Shown: positions 10,423 through 19,650 of the stretch, piece after piece
Position numbering within the stretch: the stretch's first letter is position 1
How the letters are laid out: every line of letters begins with the position of its first letter
Source: Candidatus Calditenuaceae archaeon HR02
GTDB lineage: Archaea > Thermoproteota > Nitrososphaeria_A > Caldarchaeales > Calditenuaceae
Length of the DNA stretch: 64,000 nucleotides
Direction of reading: 5' to 3'
NCBI GenBank assembly: GCA_002898395.1
Contig: BEHE01000009.1
Span: forward strand, 1-64,000
The notes under the pieces: generated by a model
Databases searched by the model: none
What the model was told of the DNA's origin: nothing
The model's input: only the letters and a program-made list of their open reading frames with translations
Position numbers and translations under genes: made by a program

Positions 10423-11514
10423 TTGAGCGGTCTTAGACTAGGGATTGTTTTGGCATCTGAGGAGTATTCGCCCAGCGAGCTCGTCAGGCAGGGCGTGGAG
10501 GCTGAGAGGAATGGGCTTGACGCCTCATGGGGCTCAGACCATTTCCACCCTTGGTTTGATACTGCAGCCCACGGAGTCTTTATCTGGTCAATACTGTCGT
10601 CGGTCGGCACCCTCACAGAGAAGATAGTGATGGGCACAAGTGTTACTTGCCCACTCTTTAGATACCCGCCGCCGGTCGTCGCCCAGGCCTTCGCTACGAT
10701 GCAGAACCTTTTTCCGGGCAGGATGTTCCTAGGCGTGGGGACAGGTGAGGCGCTAAACGAAGTCCCATGCGGATTCTCTTGGCCACCCTATCGCGAGAGG
10801 TTAGAGAGGCTTGAGGAGGCGGTCTTCATGATGAGAATTCTCTGGCAGGGGAAACAGGTGACATATCGTGGGAGGTACTATAGCCTCAACAAGGCAAAGC
10901 TATACGACCCACCACCAGTCGATATTCCTATACACATTGCCTCAAGCGGTGCTAGGGGGGCTAGGCTGGCCGGAATGCTCGCCGACGCCTTCATGACACT
11001 ACCAGTTGATGATCTCGCAGTGTATACCCAGAAGCTCTTCCCCGCAATAGATAGTGGCGCAAGAGAGGTGGGTAGGAGGGGAGAGGATGTTGAGAAGTCA
11101 CTACTCATACACGTGGGATTCCACGAAGAGGACTATGAAAAGGCGCTCAAGTCCCTCCTTCCCTGGCGGGGAACACTCCTCCCAATATTCTTCGACTTAA
11201 ACGTCTATGACCCGAAATACATCGAGATGCATGGAAACAGGGTCTCGGAGAAGTTGGTTAAAGACGTCTTCCTAGTTGCTACAAAGGCTGAAGAGGTCGT
11301 CAAATATCTTGAGAAGTATCTTGCGCTAGGGTTTAGGCACATATCCTTTTCAGTCAGCGGGGACCCTATTGGATTTATCAGGATGCTGGGGAAGGAGGTC
11401 GCCCCCTACCTGAGGGAGATTTACGGCGAGGCTAAGATACCCTACCAAGGCAGCTACACTAAGGAGCATCTCCAGAGATATATGGAGCTGCGAGGAATAA
11501 AACTACATCTCTAG
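10423..11514 (+). CDS. LLM-class F420-dependent oxidoreductase (G6PDH-like family)
   Basis: SDHFHPW, GTSVTCP, RYPPPVVAQAFAT, GVGTGEALNE. Confidence 0.9.
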   Translation: MSGLRLGIVLASEEYSPSELVRQGVEAERNGLDASWGSDHFHPWFDTAAHGVFIWSILSSVGTLTEKIVMGTSVTCPLFRYPPPVVAQAFATMQNLFPGRMFLGVGTGEALNEVPCGFSWPPYRERLERLEEAVFMMRILWQGKQVTYRGRYYSLNKAKLYDPPPVDIPIHIASSGARGARLAGMLADAFMTLPVDDLAVYTQKLFPAIDSGAREVGRRGEDVEKSLLIHVGFHEEDYEKALKSLLPWRGTLLPIFFDLNVYDPKYIEMHGNRVSEKLVKDVFLVATKAEEVVKYLEKYLALGFRHISFSVSGDPIGFIRMLGKEVAPYLREIYGEAKIPYQGSYTKEHLQRYMELRGIKLHL

Positions 11515-11562
11515 CAATCCTCCAAGGGAATACCTAAAAGCTGCCGCGTCTCTATCTTCGCG

Positions 11563-11907
11563 TTGTCGGCCAGCCAGCGAGCAGGGTTACGTGAGGTATG
11601 GAAGACTTTTAGAGAGATTGTCGCCGATCTCAGAGGATTTCTCGAGACAGACGACTACAGATATGTGGTGATGGCGTATGAGAAGGCTGAGTCACTCGCA
11701 TCGAGTAAGGAAGTGGTAGAGCTGAGCGGTGTTAGGGATCTACTGGAAAACCTCAGACATATGCGAGATAGATTAGAGAAGAGCGGCTACAAGCTGTCAA
11801 CACTTGAGCATGGCCTCTTAGCGCAACAGGCAGTGTATGTGATTTCTCGGTCAAATATTCTCGCGACGGGGCTGGAGTTCCGCTTCAAAAGGGCAAGGGG
11901 AGGCTGA
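11563..11907 (+). CDS. Hypothetical protein
   Basis: 114 aa helical ORF with host-like codon usage filling the gap. Confidence 0.65.
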   Translation: MSASQRAGLREVWKTFREIVADLRGFLETDDYRYVVMAYEKAESLASSKEVVELSGVRDLLENLRHMRDRLEKSGYKLSTLEHGLLAQQAVYVISRSNILATGLEFRFKRARGG

Positions 11908-11977
11908 GAAATGGCACCGACCATTTGGGCGCCTGGCCCTTAGCTTCTGGAGCCATCAGAATGCAGGACCCTAGATC

Positions 11978-13054
11978 TTAGGGCCATTGCGTTATAGGCG
12001 AGTACTCTGAGATGAGTGAAATTCCTGCCGTAATTATCAGATTCACAAACGCTAGAGGTATGAGGTATTTCCATCCGAGGTCTAGGACCTTTTCTATAGT
12101 CAGCCGCGGGTAGGCGCCTCGCAGTAGTGCGACAAATGTGAACAGTATTAGGCCCTTGAGTATGATCCAGAAGGGGGCGGAGATACTTTCGGGTAGGCCG
12201 GGTATTGGCGGCCCTAGCCAGCCCCCAAGATATAGTATTGCCCCTAAGAAGCAGAAGGCTAGAACTTTCTCGAACATGGCGAGCTGAATCATTAGAAAGT
12301 AGACGCCTGAATACTCGGTTTGCCAGCCGAAGACGATTTCGCCCTCTGCTGTCGGTATATCGAAGGGAAGTCTCTCAGTCTCGGCCAACAAAGTTACGAT
12401 GAACACTATGAATCCGAGAATCTGGGTGACTGCGAGTGGAGCAACCGCCTGGGCCTCAACAATCTTCTCTAGGTTAAGTGTCCTCGTGGACAGGACTACA
12501 CCTGTTAGGGCAAGGAAGAGGGGCACCTCGTATCCGAAGAGCTGGAGCGCTATTCTAGACATTCCTATGAAGGGGTATTTGCTCCTCGAGGCATATCCTG
12601 CCAACACTATTGGTATTGGGGACAGGGCCGCGACTATGAAGAATAAGAGCAGGCCGATCTCTGAGGGGTAGATTATCCAGCCCGCCCCGAAGGGGAGGAA
12701 GGCGTAGAGCGAGAGCGATAGTATTAGTGCGAGGCACGGCATGAGGACGAAGAGCGGCCTGTTTACACCCTCTGGGATTATCCTCTCCTTTGAGAGAAAC
12801 TTGATGGCGTCCGCTATGAGCTGGAGGACGCCTGCTACTTTCCCTACGTGGAGTGGACCAATCCTGAGGGAGACGCGGGCGAAGAGTTTCCTCTCAAACC
12901 AGACGGCAAACATGCCGAGAAGTGTGCTGAAGAGCGCGCCGGGGAATATGGCCGCCTTAATGAATGGCTCGCTGTAGATGAAGCGTATCAGCTCCTGGAT
13001 TAGAGGCGGCATAGAGCCATAAATTTGGACAAATGCTTGGACTGGGTCTATCAA
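11978..13054 (-). CDS. nuoH: NADH-quinone oxidoreductase subunit H
   Basis: WFERKL..R.GP, GVLQLIADAIK, AETERLPFDIP.AEGE..GWQTEYSG. Confidence 0.95.
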   Translation of the reverse strand: MIDPVQAFVQIYGSMPPLIQELIRFIYSEPFIKAAIFPGALFSTLLGMFAVWFERKLFARVSLRIGPLHVGKVAGVLQLIADAIKFLSKERIIPEGVNRPLFVLMPCLALILSLSLYAFLPFGAGWIIYPSEIGLLLFFIVAALSPIPIVLAGYASRSKYPFIGMSRIALQLFGYEVPLFLALTGVVLSTRTLNLEKIVEAQAVAPLAVTQILGFIVFIVTLLAETERLPFDIPTAEGEIVFGWQTEYSGVYFLMIQLAMFEKVLAFCFLGAILYLGGWLGPPIPGLPESISAPFWIILKGLILFTFVALLRGAYPRLTIEKVLDLGWKYLIPLAFVNLIITAGISLISEYSPITQWP

Positions 13055-13446
13055 CCTCCTCCACCCCTCTCGAGCCTCTGCTTCAAGGAGGGTAGCTGTG
13101 TCGACGCGTATATCGAGCCGGCAGTTATTACGGCCAAGATCAATAGTCCACGCACTAGGCTCTCACCCGCCCGCAACATGTCCAAGACGACGATGAAGGC
13201 TATGACGGCAAAGACTGCGTAGGCGATGTAGATGATGACATAGGGGAAGTATTCGATGGGGAATGGAGCCACTCTGGCCGGTATTGGTGTCTGCCCTGAC
13301 TCGAAAAGCATCCTCTTGACCCGGGACGGTTTCTTGGGGGCTATCAGAGCCGAGACTAGGTAGAAAATTGGCGGAGCGATGACTGTGAGGATTAGGTAGA
13401 GTAGCAGTGTCCAAAGCGCCGTGTCCAAAGCGGCTGGGCTCAACAC
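13051..13446 (-). CDS. nuoA: NADH-quinone oxidoreductase subunit A
   Basis: Three TM helices, K...FESGQTP loop; 4 bp overlap with nuoH. Confidence 0.8.
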   Translation of the reverse strand: MLSPAALDTALWTLLLYLILTVIAPPIFYLVSALIAPKKPSRVKRMLFESGQTPIPARVAPFPIEYFPYVIIYIAYAVFAVIAFIVVLDMLRAGESLVRGLLILAVITAGSIYASTQLPSLKQRLERGGGG

Positions 13447-13520
13447 TTTAATCAGTAATAGACCACGATTTATACACTAGTTGGATCCCACGCCGCGGAA
13501 ACTTTGGGAAAGGAGACGGA

Positions 13521-13751
13521 CTACTCCATCTTCTCAAACGGGTCAAGGCCGGCGAAGGCTCGGAGCTCGAGGATGCGCCTTTTCAAATAGTCAACCTCCT
13601 CCACGCTGGGTTCGCTAGCCTCTGGTCCAGAAGCAAGTCTCGCCTTCAGGCTAGCCCATCTGTACGCCAGCTTCTCCACATCCTCTTCCGTTAAGTTTTT
13701 TTCAAACATTAGCCGCGAGATCTCTTTAAACTCCTCGGCCGGGTCGCTCAT
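13521..13751 (-). CDS. Small hypothetical protein (76 aa)
   Basis: ATG 13751 overlaps the aspS stop (ATGA); MSDPAEEFKEISRL... Confidence 0.65.
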   Translation of the reverse strand: MSDPAEEFKEISRLMFEKNLTEEDVEKLAYRWASLKARLASGPEASEPSVEEVDYLKRRILELRAFAGLDPFEKME

Positions 13752-15070
13752 GGTACGAGTCTGAACCTGTCTCTCGGGAAGAGTATGACATCTCTTATGT
13801 TGGTACGCCGTGTGATTACCATTATTAGCCTCTCGAATCCGAGACCCCAGCCTGCATGGACGGGCATGCCGTAATCGTATACAGCCACATGATGTTTGAA
13901 GCTCTCGGGGTTGAGTCCATGCTCCTGTAGCCTCTGCCTGAGGAGCGCGGGGTTTGATATCCTCGTCCCACCCGAAGCTAATTCGAGCCACTGATACATC
14001 AGGTCAAAGGACTCTGAGACCTGCGGGTTGTCGGGATCGGGCTGAATGTAGAAGGGCTTTATGGCTGTTGGGAAGTGAGTGATGAAATAGAACCCTGTGT
14101 GCCTCTTGGCAAGATACCTCAGGTCTGGTGTCTCCAAGTCCCCTCCCCAACTCTTCGAACGCCCAAGCTCCGCAAGCTCCCTCAAAGCCTCTTCATAAGT
14201 CATCCGCCTGAAGGGAGTCTTGGGAGGTCGAAGGGAGACGCCGAGGAGCTCGAGCTCCCTCTGCCTCTCCTCCAAGACCCTCTTGAAGACGTGGACAACC
14301 ATCTCCTCAAGGATCCGCATAACGCCTTCATAATTCATGAATGCGGCCTCTATGTCGACAGAAGTGAATTCGCTGACGTGCCTCCGCGTATGTGAGGCCT
14401 CAGCCCTGAAGAATGGCCCAATCTCAAAGACGCGCTCAAAGACCGTGACGAGCTCCTCCTTATAGAGCTGGGGGCTCTGGGCAAGATACGCCGCCTTCCC
14501 GAAGTAGTCCACCTTGAACAGGGCTGCCCCGCCCTCAGTGGCGGTGGCTATGATCTTCGGAGTCCTAACCTCCACAAATCCCTGTCCACGGAGATACTCG
14601 CGTATAGCGTCGAAGACAGTGTCAGCTATAAGAAATATAGCCGTATTCACAGGTTTTCTCAGATCTAGTATCCTGTGGTTAAGACGAGTGGTCATGGATG
14701 CTGGAACCTTGCCTGTCACGTCGTAGGGGAGCTTCTCCAGGGCCTTGGCAACCACCTCAACCCTCTCACCCTTCACTTCAACACCCATCCTCGATTGTGG
14801 AGCGACGCGCACAGTCCCCCAGACCCTGACAGCCGATTCACGGGTCAAACCCTCCAGAGCGGCTAGGAGATCACCGTCAGCACCTACTCGGCTAAACACA
14901 ACTTGGCAGAGGCCCGACCTATCCCTCAAAACCATGAAGACCAGAGAGCCGAGGTCGCGTATCTCATGGACCCAGCCCTGGATGACTACACGCCGGCCGT
15001 CAAGCTCGGGCCGAACCATTCCAGAGCGTATCTGTTCAAAATCAGACTCAGGCTTCGCATTTCCAGCCAT
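13748..15070 (-). CDS. aspS: Aspartyl-tRNA synthetase (archaeal type)
   Basis: GWVHEIRDLG, TEGGA, AYLAQSPQLYK, FRAE, GMPVHAGWGLGFERL. Confidence 0.95.
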   Translation of the reverse strand: MAGNAKPESDFEQIRSGMVRPELDGRRVVIQGWVHEIRDLGSLVFMVLRDRSGLCQVVFSRVGADGDLLAALEGLTRESAVRVWGTVRVAPQSRMGVEVKGERVEVVAKALEKLPYDVTGKVPASMTTRLNHRILDLRKPVNTAIFLIADTVFDAIREYLRGQGFVEVRTPKIIATATEGGAALFKVDYFGKAAYLAQSPQLYKEELVTVFERVFEIGPFFRAEASHTRRHVSEFTSVDIEAAFMNYEGVMRILEEMVVHVFKRVLEERQRELELLGVSLRPPKTPFRRMTYEEALRELAELGRSKSWGGDLETPDLRYLAKRHTGFYFITHFPTAIKPFYIQPDPDNPQVSESFDLMYQWLELASGGTRISNPALLRQRLQEHGLNPESFKHHVAVYDYGMPVHAGWGLGFERLIMVITRRTNIRDVILFPRDRFRLVP

Positions 15071-15165
15071 ATAGTTTTCAGACCAGGCAGAACATTAGTT
15101 CACGCATATTTAAGCAATAACTTCGCCTGAACTATTCATAAACTGTCGGCCAAGGATTAGGGAAC

Positions 15166-15663
15166 TTAACGCCGCGTAGCCCTCTCAATCCTGATAACCC
15201 TTCCCTTAAAGCCCTTAACCAGGTCCACGATCTCATCTACCTGTAGCTGGAGCTTAGAAGTATCGTCCACTGTGACTATCGTCTCCTCGGATCCGTCGGG
15301 AAGCCACACCACGTTAATCGCAAGGATCTTAGCAGGTGCAAGCAGCTCAGCCAAGAAGTTGTTGAATGAGCGATGGTCCCTCAGCACTCTTACAATCGCC
15401 TTTAACCTACGTGAAAGCTGTAGTGAAAGCTCCATAAAATCTTGGACAGATGCATCTACATCCCGGAGGAAGACAAAAATTTTGTTTTTTTGACGTATTG
15501 AGCCGGCGTACTCGCCCTTAGCTAGTATAGGCAGGTTCAGATCGATTAGCGCTGTTAAGACCTCGACATCCAGCCGCGTAACCTCTCCTCTCTCTAACTT
15601 CCTCTGACAACTCGGGCAAAGAGAGCCACTCCGCAAGTCGAACTCGCAAACGGGAATCCTCAG
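15166..15663 (-). CDS. Archaeal NusA-like KH protein
   Basis: RIPVCEFDLRSGSLCPSC N-terminus and LLAPAKILAINVVWLPDGS; probable CTG start at 15663, alternatively TTG 15636. Confidence 0.75.
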   Translation of the reverse strand: MRIPVCEFDLRSGSLCPSCQRKLERGEVTRLDVEVLTALIDLNLPILAKGEYAGSIRQKNKIFVFLRDVDASVQDFMELSLQLSRRLKAIVRVLRDHRSFNNFLAELLAPAKILAINVVWLPDGSEETIVTVDDTSKLQLQVDEIVDLVKGFKGRVIRIERATRR

Positions 15664-15730
15664 TAATCACCGCCTCCAAGTCTATCATCAGCCTCATCCG
15701 TTTTTAACCTTCCTTAGCCTCTTCGGGCCT

Positions 15731-16012
15731 CTAAGAGGCAATCTTAATCTCGATCGTGCTCACGTTTACGTCCCTGTTGTCCTGCCCCTTTAACATCTCT
15801 GTGCCCAGCTTTATCTCCTGAACCTTTAGGTCCTTGTAGAACCTGTTCTTCAGTATCTGGACCACGTCAACGGCCCTGCTAATCGACCTACCTCTCGCCT
15901 TCAGCGTCACGTTCTGCCCCTGCTGCAGCGATATCAGACACGCAAGGACATAGCTCATCGCCGGCTTCTTTCCTACCAATACAGTTACCTCATTTGCAGA
16001 CATTCTTCTCAC
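15731..16012 (-). CDS. albA: DNA/RNA-binding protein Alba
   Basis: VLVGKKPAMSYVLA, KARGRSISRAVDV, NVSTIEI. Confidence 0.95.
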   Translation of the reverse strand: MRRMSANEVTVLVGKKPAMSYVLACLISLQQGQNVTLKARGRSISRAVDVVQILKNRFYKDLKVQEIKLGTEMLKGQDNRDVNVSTIEIKIAS

Positions 16013-16086
16013 TCCCTCTGGTTTTTGCAGAAGACTTATCCACTAACCTAAATAAAAACCTTCATTACGCCTCTAAATACCCAGAC

Positions 16087-16857
16087 TCAGAGAGTGTCAG
16101 CGAAAGAGTTTATGTGGAGAGCTGTCTGGTTGAGGATTTTGAAGGCCTCGGCGTATCTATAGCCAGCTCGCTTCCCAAGCAGCTGAGAATACTTGACCAA
16201 TAGCTCTATGACCTCTTGGGTGAATTGAGACTGGTGCGCGGCCATGGCCTTCTTTTTGACGTCAATCAGGTCTGAGATGTCGATGTACAGGTTCGGGTTC
16301 TTTGTCCAGTAGTAGGCTATGTATCTTGGGGAGTGGGGCTCTAGCCCCTTTTCAAGGTCTTCACGATTGATGTTTGTGAGATTGCTGAAAAAGAAGGCCT
16401 CACTGGCTACGAGCCCCGTTGCAACGTGGTCTGGGTGGGCCTCGTAGGGCAGCCAGGGGTCAACCGTCAGAATAACATCTGGCTTATAGTGCCTCACAAG
16501 TGTTATTAGCCTGTTTCGAAGCTCAAGCGTGGGCCTAAGCTCAGAGTCCCTATAATCCAGCCAGATAAGCTCAGAGACTCCTAAAGTCTGCGCAGCTGCC
16601 TGCTGCTCCCTCTTACGAATATCTGACAGCCTGTCCCAAGACATTGAGGGGTCTGTTGTCCCAGCGCCACCATCAGTGACCGTCACGTATATGATTCTAC
16701 AACCACGGGAAGAAAGCCTAGCAACCGTACCCCCAGCAGCTATATCAGTATCATCCGGATGGGGCTGGATCGAGAGCAATGTTTTACAATTTTCAAAAGC
16801 TTCCTCCGGCCTTAAGCCTATTAACGACCTAATTTCCTCGGCTTCAGCGGAGTGCAT
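16087..16857 (-). CDS. PIG-L family deacetylase (diacetylchitobiose deacetylase-like)
   Basis: QPHPDD, TDGGAG, YEAHPDH, AHQSQF. Confidence 0.9.
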   Translation of the reverse strand: MHSAEAEEIRSLIGLRPEEAFENCKTLLSIQPHPDDTDIAAGGTVARLSSRGCRIIYVTVTDGGAGTTDPSMSWDRLSDIRKREQQAAAQTLGVSELIWLDYRDSELRPTLELRNRLITLVRHYKPDVILTVDPWLPYEAHPDHVATGLVASEAFFFSNLTNINREDLEKGLEPHSPRYIAYYWTKNPNLYIDISDLIDVKKKAMAAHQSQFTQEVIELLVKYSQLLGKRAGYRYAEAFKILNQTALHINSFADTL

Positions 16858-16934
16858 ACCCGTTCAAGCAATTCCTAGTGTGTGAAGGTTTATAAAAGTT
16901 GAGTCAAAGCTTTTGACAGGCGCTATACGGTATT

Positions 16935-17011
16935 ATTTGTGAGAGGTTACAGAGAGGTATCGGCATGAGAATGAAACACAGACGAAAACTCGCCCCCTCC
17001 CCCCTTATCCC
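16935..17011. repeat. Dispersed repeat family C, copy 1 (77 bp; partner 27187-27262)
   Basis: atttgtga-aggttacagagaggt...gagaatga...cagacgaaaac-cgccccctcccc...ttatccc is shared with about 10 differences. Confidence 0.9.
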
Positions 17012-17059
17012 TTCATTGCTTACCACATTGAAACGTCAATAATTTTAAATTTTTCAATT

Positions 17060-17131
17060 TGGGGCCGGTGGGAATCGAACCCACGACCTCCGCCGTGTGA
17101 GGGCGGCGTCATACCGCTAGACCACGGCCCC
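17060..17131 (-). tRNA. tRNA-Val(CAC), intronless, CCA not encoded
   Basis: Reverse complement GGGGCCGTGGTCTAGCGGTATGACGCCGCCCT-CAC-ACGGCGGAGGTCGTGGGTTCGATTCCCACCGGCCCCA folds as a cloverleaf. Confidence 0.97.
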
Positions 17132-17193
17132 TTCTTCAGAACCGTATACCAATGCTGTAACAAATAACCCTTATCTCCTCTACATCGGAGCTG

Positions 17194-18573
17194 CTATGCT
17201 AAGGGGCTGTATAGGCCTACGGTATGTATCCTTATCCCAGCTTCTAGTAGCCGGCGCGTGTTTAGAACTCTTCTTCCGTCGATGATTAGTGGTTTTCGCA
17301 TGAGGGACTTAATTGTGGAGGGGTCTGGGTCTGTGTACTCGGGCCATTCTGTGGCTATTATTGCTAGGTCTGCACTGTCTAGGCATTCATATAGCTCCGA
17401 GCAGTAAGTGACACCTTCGCCTAGGACTCTTCTAGCATTTTCGAGCGCGGCTGGGTCGTGGACCCTAACTTCTGCCCCGCGGGCTAGTAACTCGCGGATT
17501 ATATCGATGGAGGCGGATTCTCTGACGTCATCTGTTCCGGGCTTGAAGGCCAGCCCCAGGACAGCAACCCTCTTCCCCGACAGCCCACCCAGCATAGACT
17601 CAGCCTTCTCCACAATCCTGAGCCTTTGGGCCCTGTTAATCCCGATTATCGCCTCGAAGAGTAATGTGTCCACGCCGAGGCGCGCCGCAAACCATCTCAA
17701 GGAGCGGAGGTCTTTCGGGAGACAACTGCCCCCAAATCCCAACCCCGCCCTCAGGAACAGGGGGCCGATCCTTGGGTCGAGTCCCAGCCCCTCAGCCACA
17801 ACCCCCACGTCTCCGTCTTCAGTTGCTTCGCAGACTTGCGAAATTAGGTTAATGAAGCTGATCTTAAGGGCTAGGAAAGCGTTCGTTGCAAGTTTTATGA
17901 GTTCTGCATTGGTGGGGGTCGTGACTAGGGTTGGGATTTTCGAGGGGTGGTAGAGGGCTTCGTAGAATTTTTTCAGTCTTTCAGCCGCCTCGCCATGCTT
18001 GGCACCTATGACTATTCTGTCAGGATTCATGGTGTCTTGGAGTGCCGAGCCCTCCCTAAGGAACTCGGGGTTTACACAGAGGTGGAATTCCTCTCCGCAG
18101 GTCCTACCGCTAGCCTCCTCAATTAGTGGTCTCACGACATGCCAGGTTGTCCCTGGCGGAACCGTGCTTTTAACCACTATGAGGGGGGTGGCGCCCCTGC
18201 GGGTGGGCATGGCTTCTCCAATCTGTCTTGAGGCTTCCTCGACTTGGGAGAGGTCGGGGACACCGTCGGTACCCGTGGGTGTGCCGACAGTTATAAAAAC
18301 TATGTCAACCCTCTCCAGCATGTCTCCAATCTCGTCTCGCGCCTCCAGCACACCATCCCTTACAACGTGTTGGAGTAGCTCTGGGAGTCCCTGCTCATGT
18401 ATTGGGGATACACCGTCCATAATTTTCCTAACCTTATCCCCGTCCCTCTCCACGCATATCGTTTTTACACCCTTCGAGGCAAGGAATACGCTGAGTGTCA
18501 GGCCTACATAGCCAGCCCCTATAACCCCAACCCCCCTGCCCAAACCACCAGTCGACATGCCAATACTCTGCAA
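17194..18573 (-). CDS. UDP-glucose/GDP-mannose dehydrogenase family protein
   Basis: GAGYVG, VKSTVPPGT, NPEFLREG, GFGGSCLPKD, FKPGTDDVRES. Confidence 0.95.
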   Translation of the reverse strand: MQSIGMSTGGLGRGVGVIGAGYVGLTLSVFLASKGVKTICVERDGDKVRKIMDGVSPIHEQGLPELLQHVVRDGVLEARDEIGDMLERVDIVFITVGTPTGTDGVPDLSQVEEASRQIGEAMPTRRGATPLIVVKSTVPPGTTWHVVRPLIEEASGRTCGEEFHLCVNPEFLREGSALQDTMNPDRIVIGAKHGEAAERLKKFYEALYHPSKIPTLVTTPTNAELIKLATNAFLALKISFINLISQVCEATEDGDVGVVAEGLGLDPRIGPLFLRAGLGFGGSCLPKDLRSLRWFAARLGVDTLLFEAIIGINRAQRLRIVEKAESMLGGLSGKRVAVLGLAFKPGTDDVRESASIDIIRELLARGAEVRVHDPAALENARRVLGEGVTYCSELYECLDSADLAIIATEWPEYTDPDPSTIKSLMRKPLIIDGRRVLNTRRLLEAGIRIHTVGLYSPLA

Positions 18574-18622
18574 TATGCTCCCTATGGTTGGTTTTAGGGT
18601 TTGCTGGAAAACATGTGAGGGC

Positions 18623-19513
18623 TTAACGCATTGAACCCATTGTCGAGAGCTTGTATGAGAGCTGGAGGGCCTCCCAGTAAAGCTGTGGCGTGCCTATATC
18701 CATCTTCAGACCATCCTCAAGCTTGATCGCGTCAACCCTATACCCCCACTCAATGAGACGCTGTATCCCATCGGTTAGCTGGAGCTCGCCGCCAACACCA
18801 CTCTTTATAGATCTGAGCGCCCTGAATATCGAATCCCTGAAGATATAGAGCGGGACAATCATCAGGTTCGAGCGGGGCACCTTGGGCTTCTCCTCAACCC
18901 GCGTAACCCGTAAAAATCCTCCGACCTCGGAGACCTCTGCCACCCCGTACTGTCTCGGATCTTCAACCTCCTGCAGTAGAAGAACAGCCTCAGCACCCTC
19001 AGCCTCGAAGTGTCTATACATACGCTCAATCACTTGCGAGCCGTTAACGATGTATGTGTCCCCTGCATGGACGAAGAATGGAGAGCCTCCAACAGTCTTC
19101 TCACAGATGAGGACTGCGTGCCCGAATCCTAGGGGCTGGGGCTGGTTGACCCATACTAGTACAGACTCACTAATCCTCCTGTAGAATGCCTCGAAGTCCC
19201 TCAGTAGGAAGTTCCTACTCCTCTTAATCATCTCGAGATAACCCTGGTCTGGCGTGAAGTGGTCCTCCACAGCCCTCTTTCCCCTACCAACCACGAGTAT
19301 GAACTCCCGAATGCCAACATCGAAGAGCTGCTCGAAGATCAGCTGCACAATAGGCTTCACACAGAGTGCCCCCTCCTCACTTCTGGCGAAGACTGGGAGC
19401 ATCTCCTTCGGCTGCTCCTTAGTGGCTGGAAGCATCCTTGTACCCAAGCCAGCGAGAGGAAGGACGGCCTTAAGCTCCTCGACGCCCATAAGCTCGCGAC
19501 ACAAAACCACCAC
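18623..19513 (-). CDS. UTP--glucose-1-phosphate uridylyltransferase-like nucleotidyltransferase
   Basis: AGLGTRMLPATKEQPKEMLP, QPQPLGFGHAV, EEKP, GELQLTD. Confidence 0.9.
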   Translation of the reverse strand: MVVLCRELMGVEELKAVLPLAGLGTRMLPATKEQPKEMLPVFARSEEGALCVKPIVQLIFEQLFDVGIREFILVVGRGKRAVEDHFTPDQGYLEMIKRSRNFLLRDFEAFYRRISESVLVWVNQPQPLGFGHAVLICEKTVGGSPFFVHAGDTYIVNGSQVIERMYRHFEAEGAEAVLLLQEVEDPRQYGVAEVSEVGGFLRVTRVEEKPKVPRSNLMIVPLYIFRDSIFRALRSIKSGVGGELQLTDGIQRLIEWGYRVDAIKLEDGLKMDIGTPQLYWEALQLSYKLSTMGSMR

Positions 19514-19650
19514 ACCGGTATTAAAGCAGCTCCCTATCCTCTAAACCCAGCCCAGCCGGCAGCCCAATGTTGTGGGACTACCTATTTCTCACCCCTTTAC
19601 TCCGAACCGACTATTTTTATCATAGAGTATGCCATAACACTTGTAGGGGA

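Noticed and set aside
17060-17131. Integrated element at tRNA-Val
   Set aside because: No duplicate of the tRNA 3' end and no integrase were found in the window.
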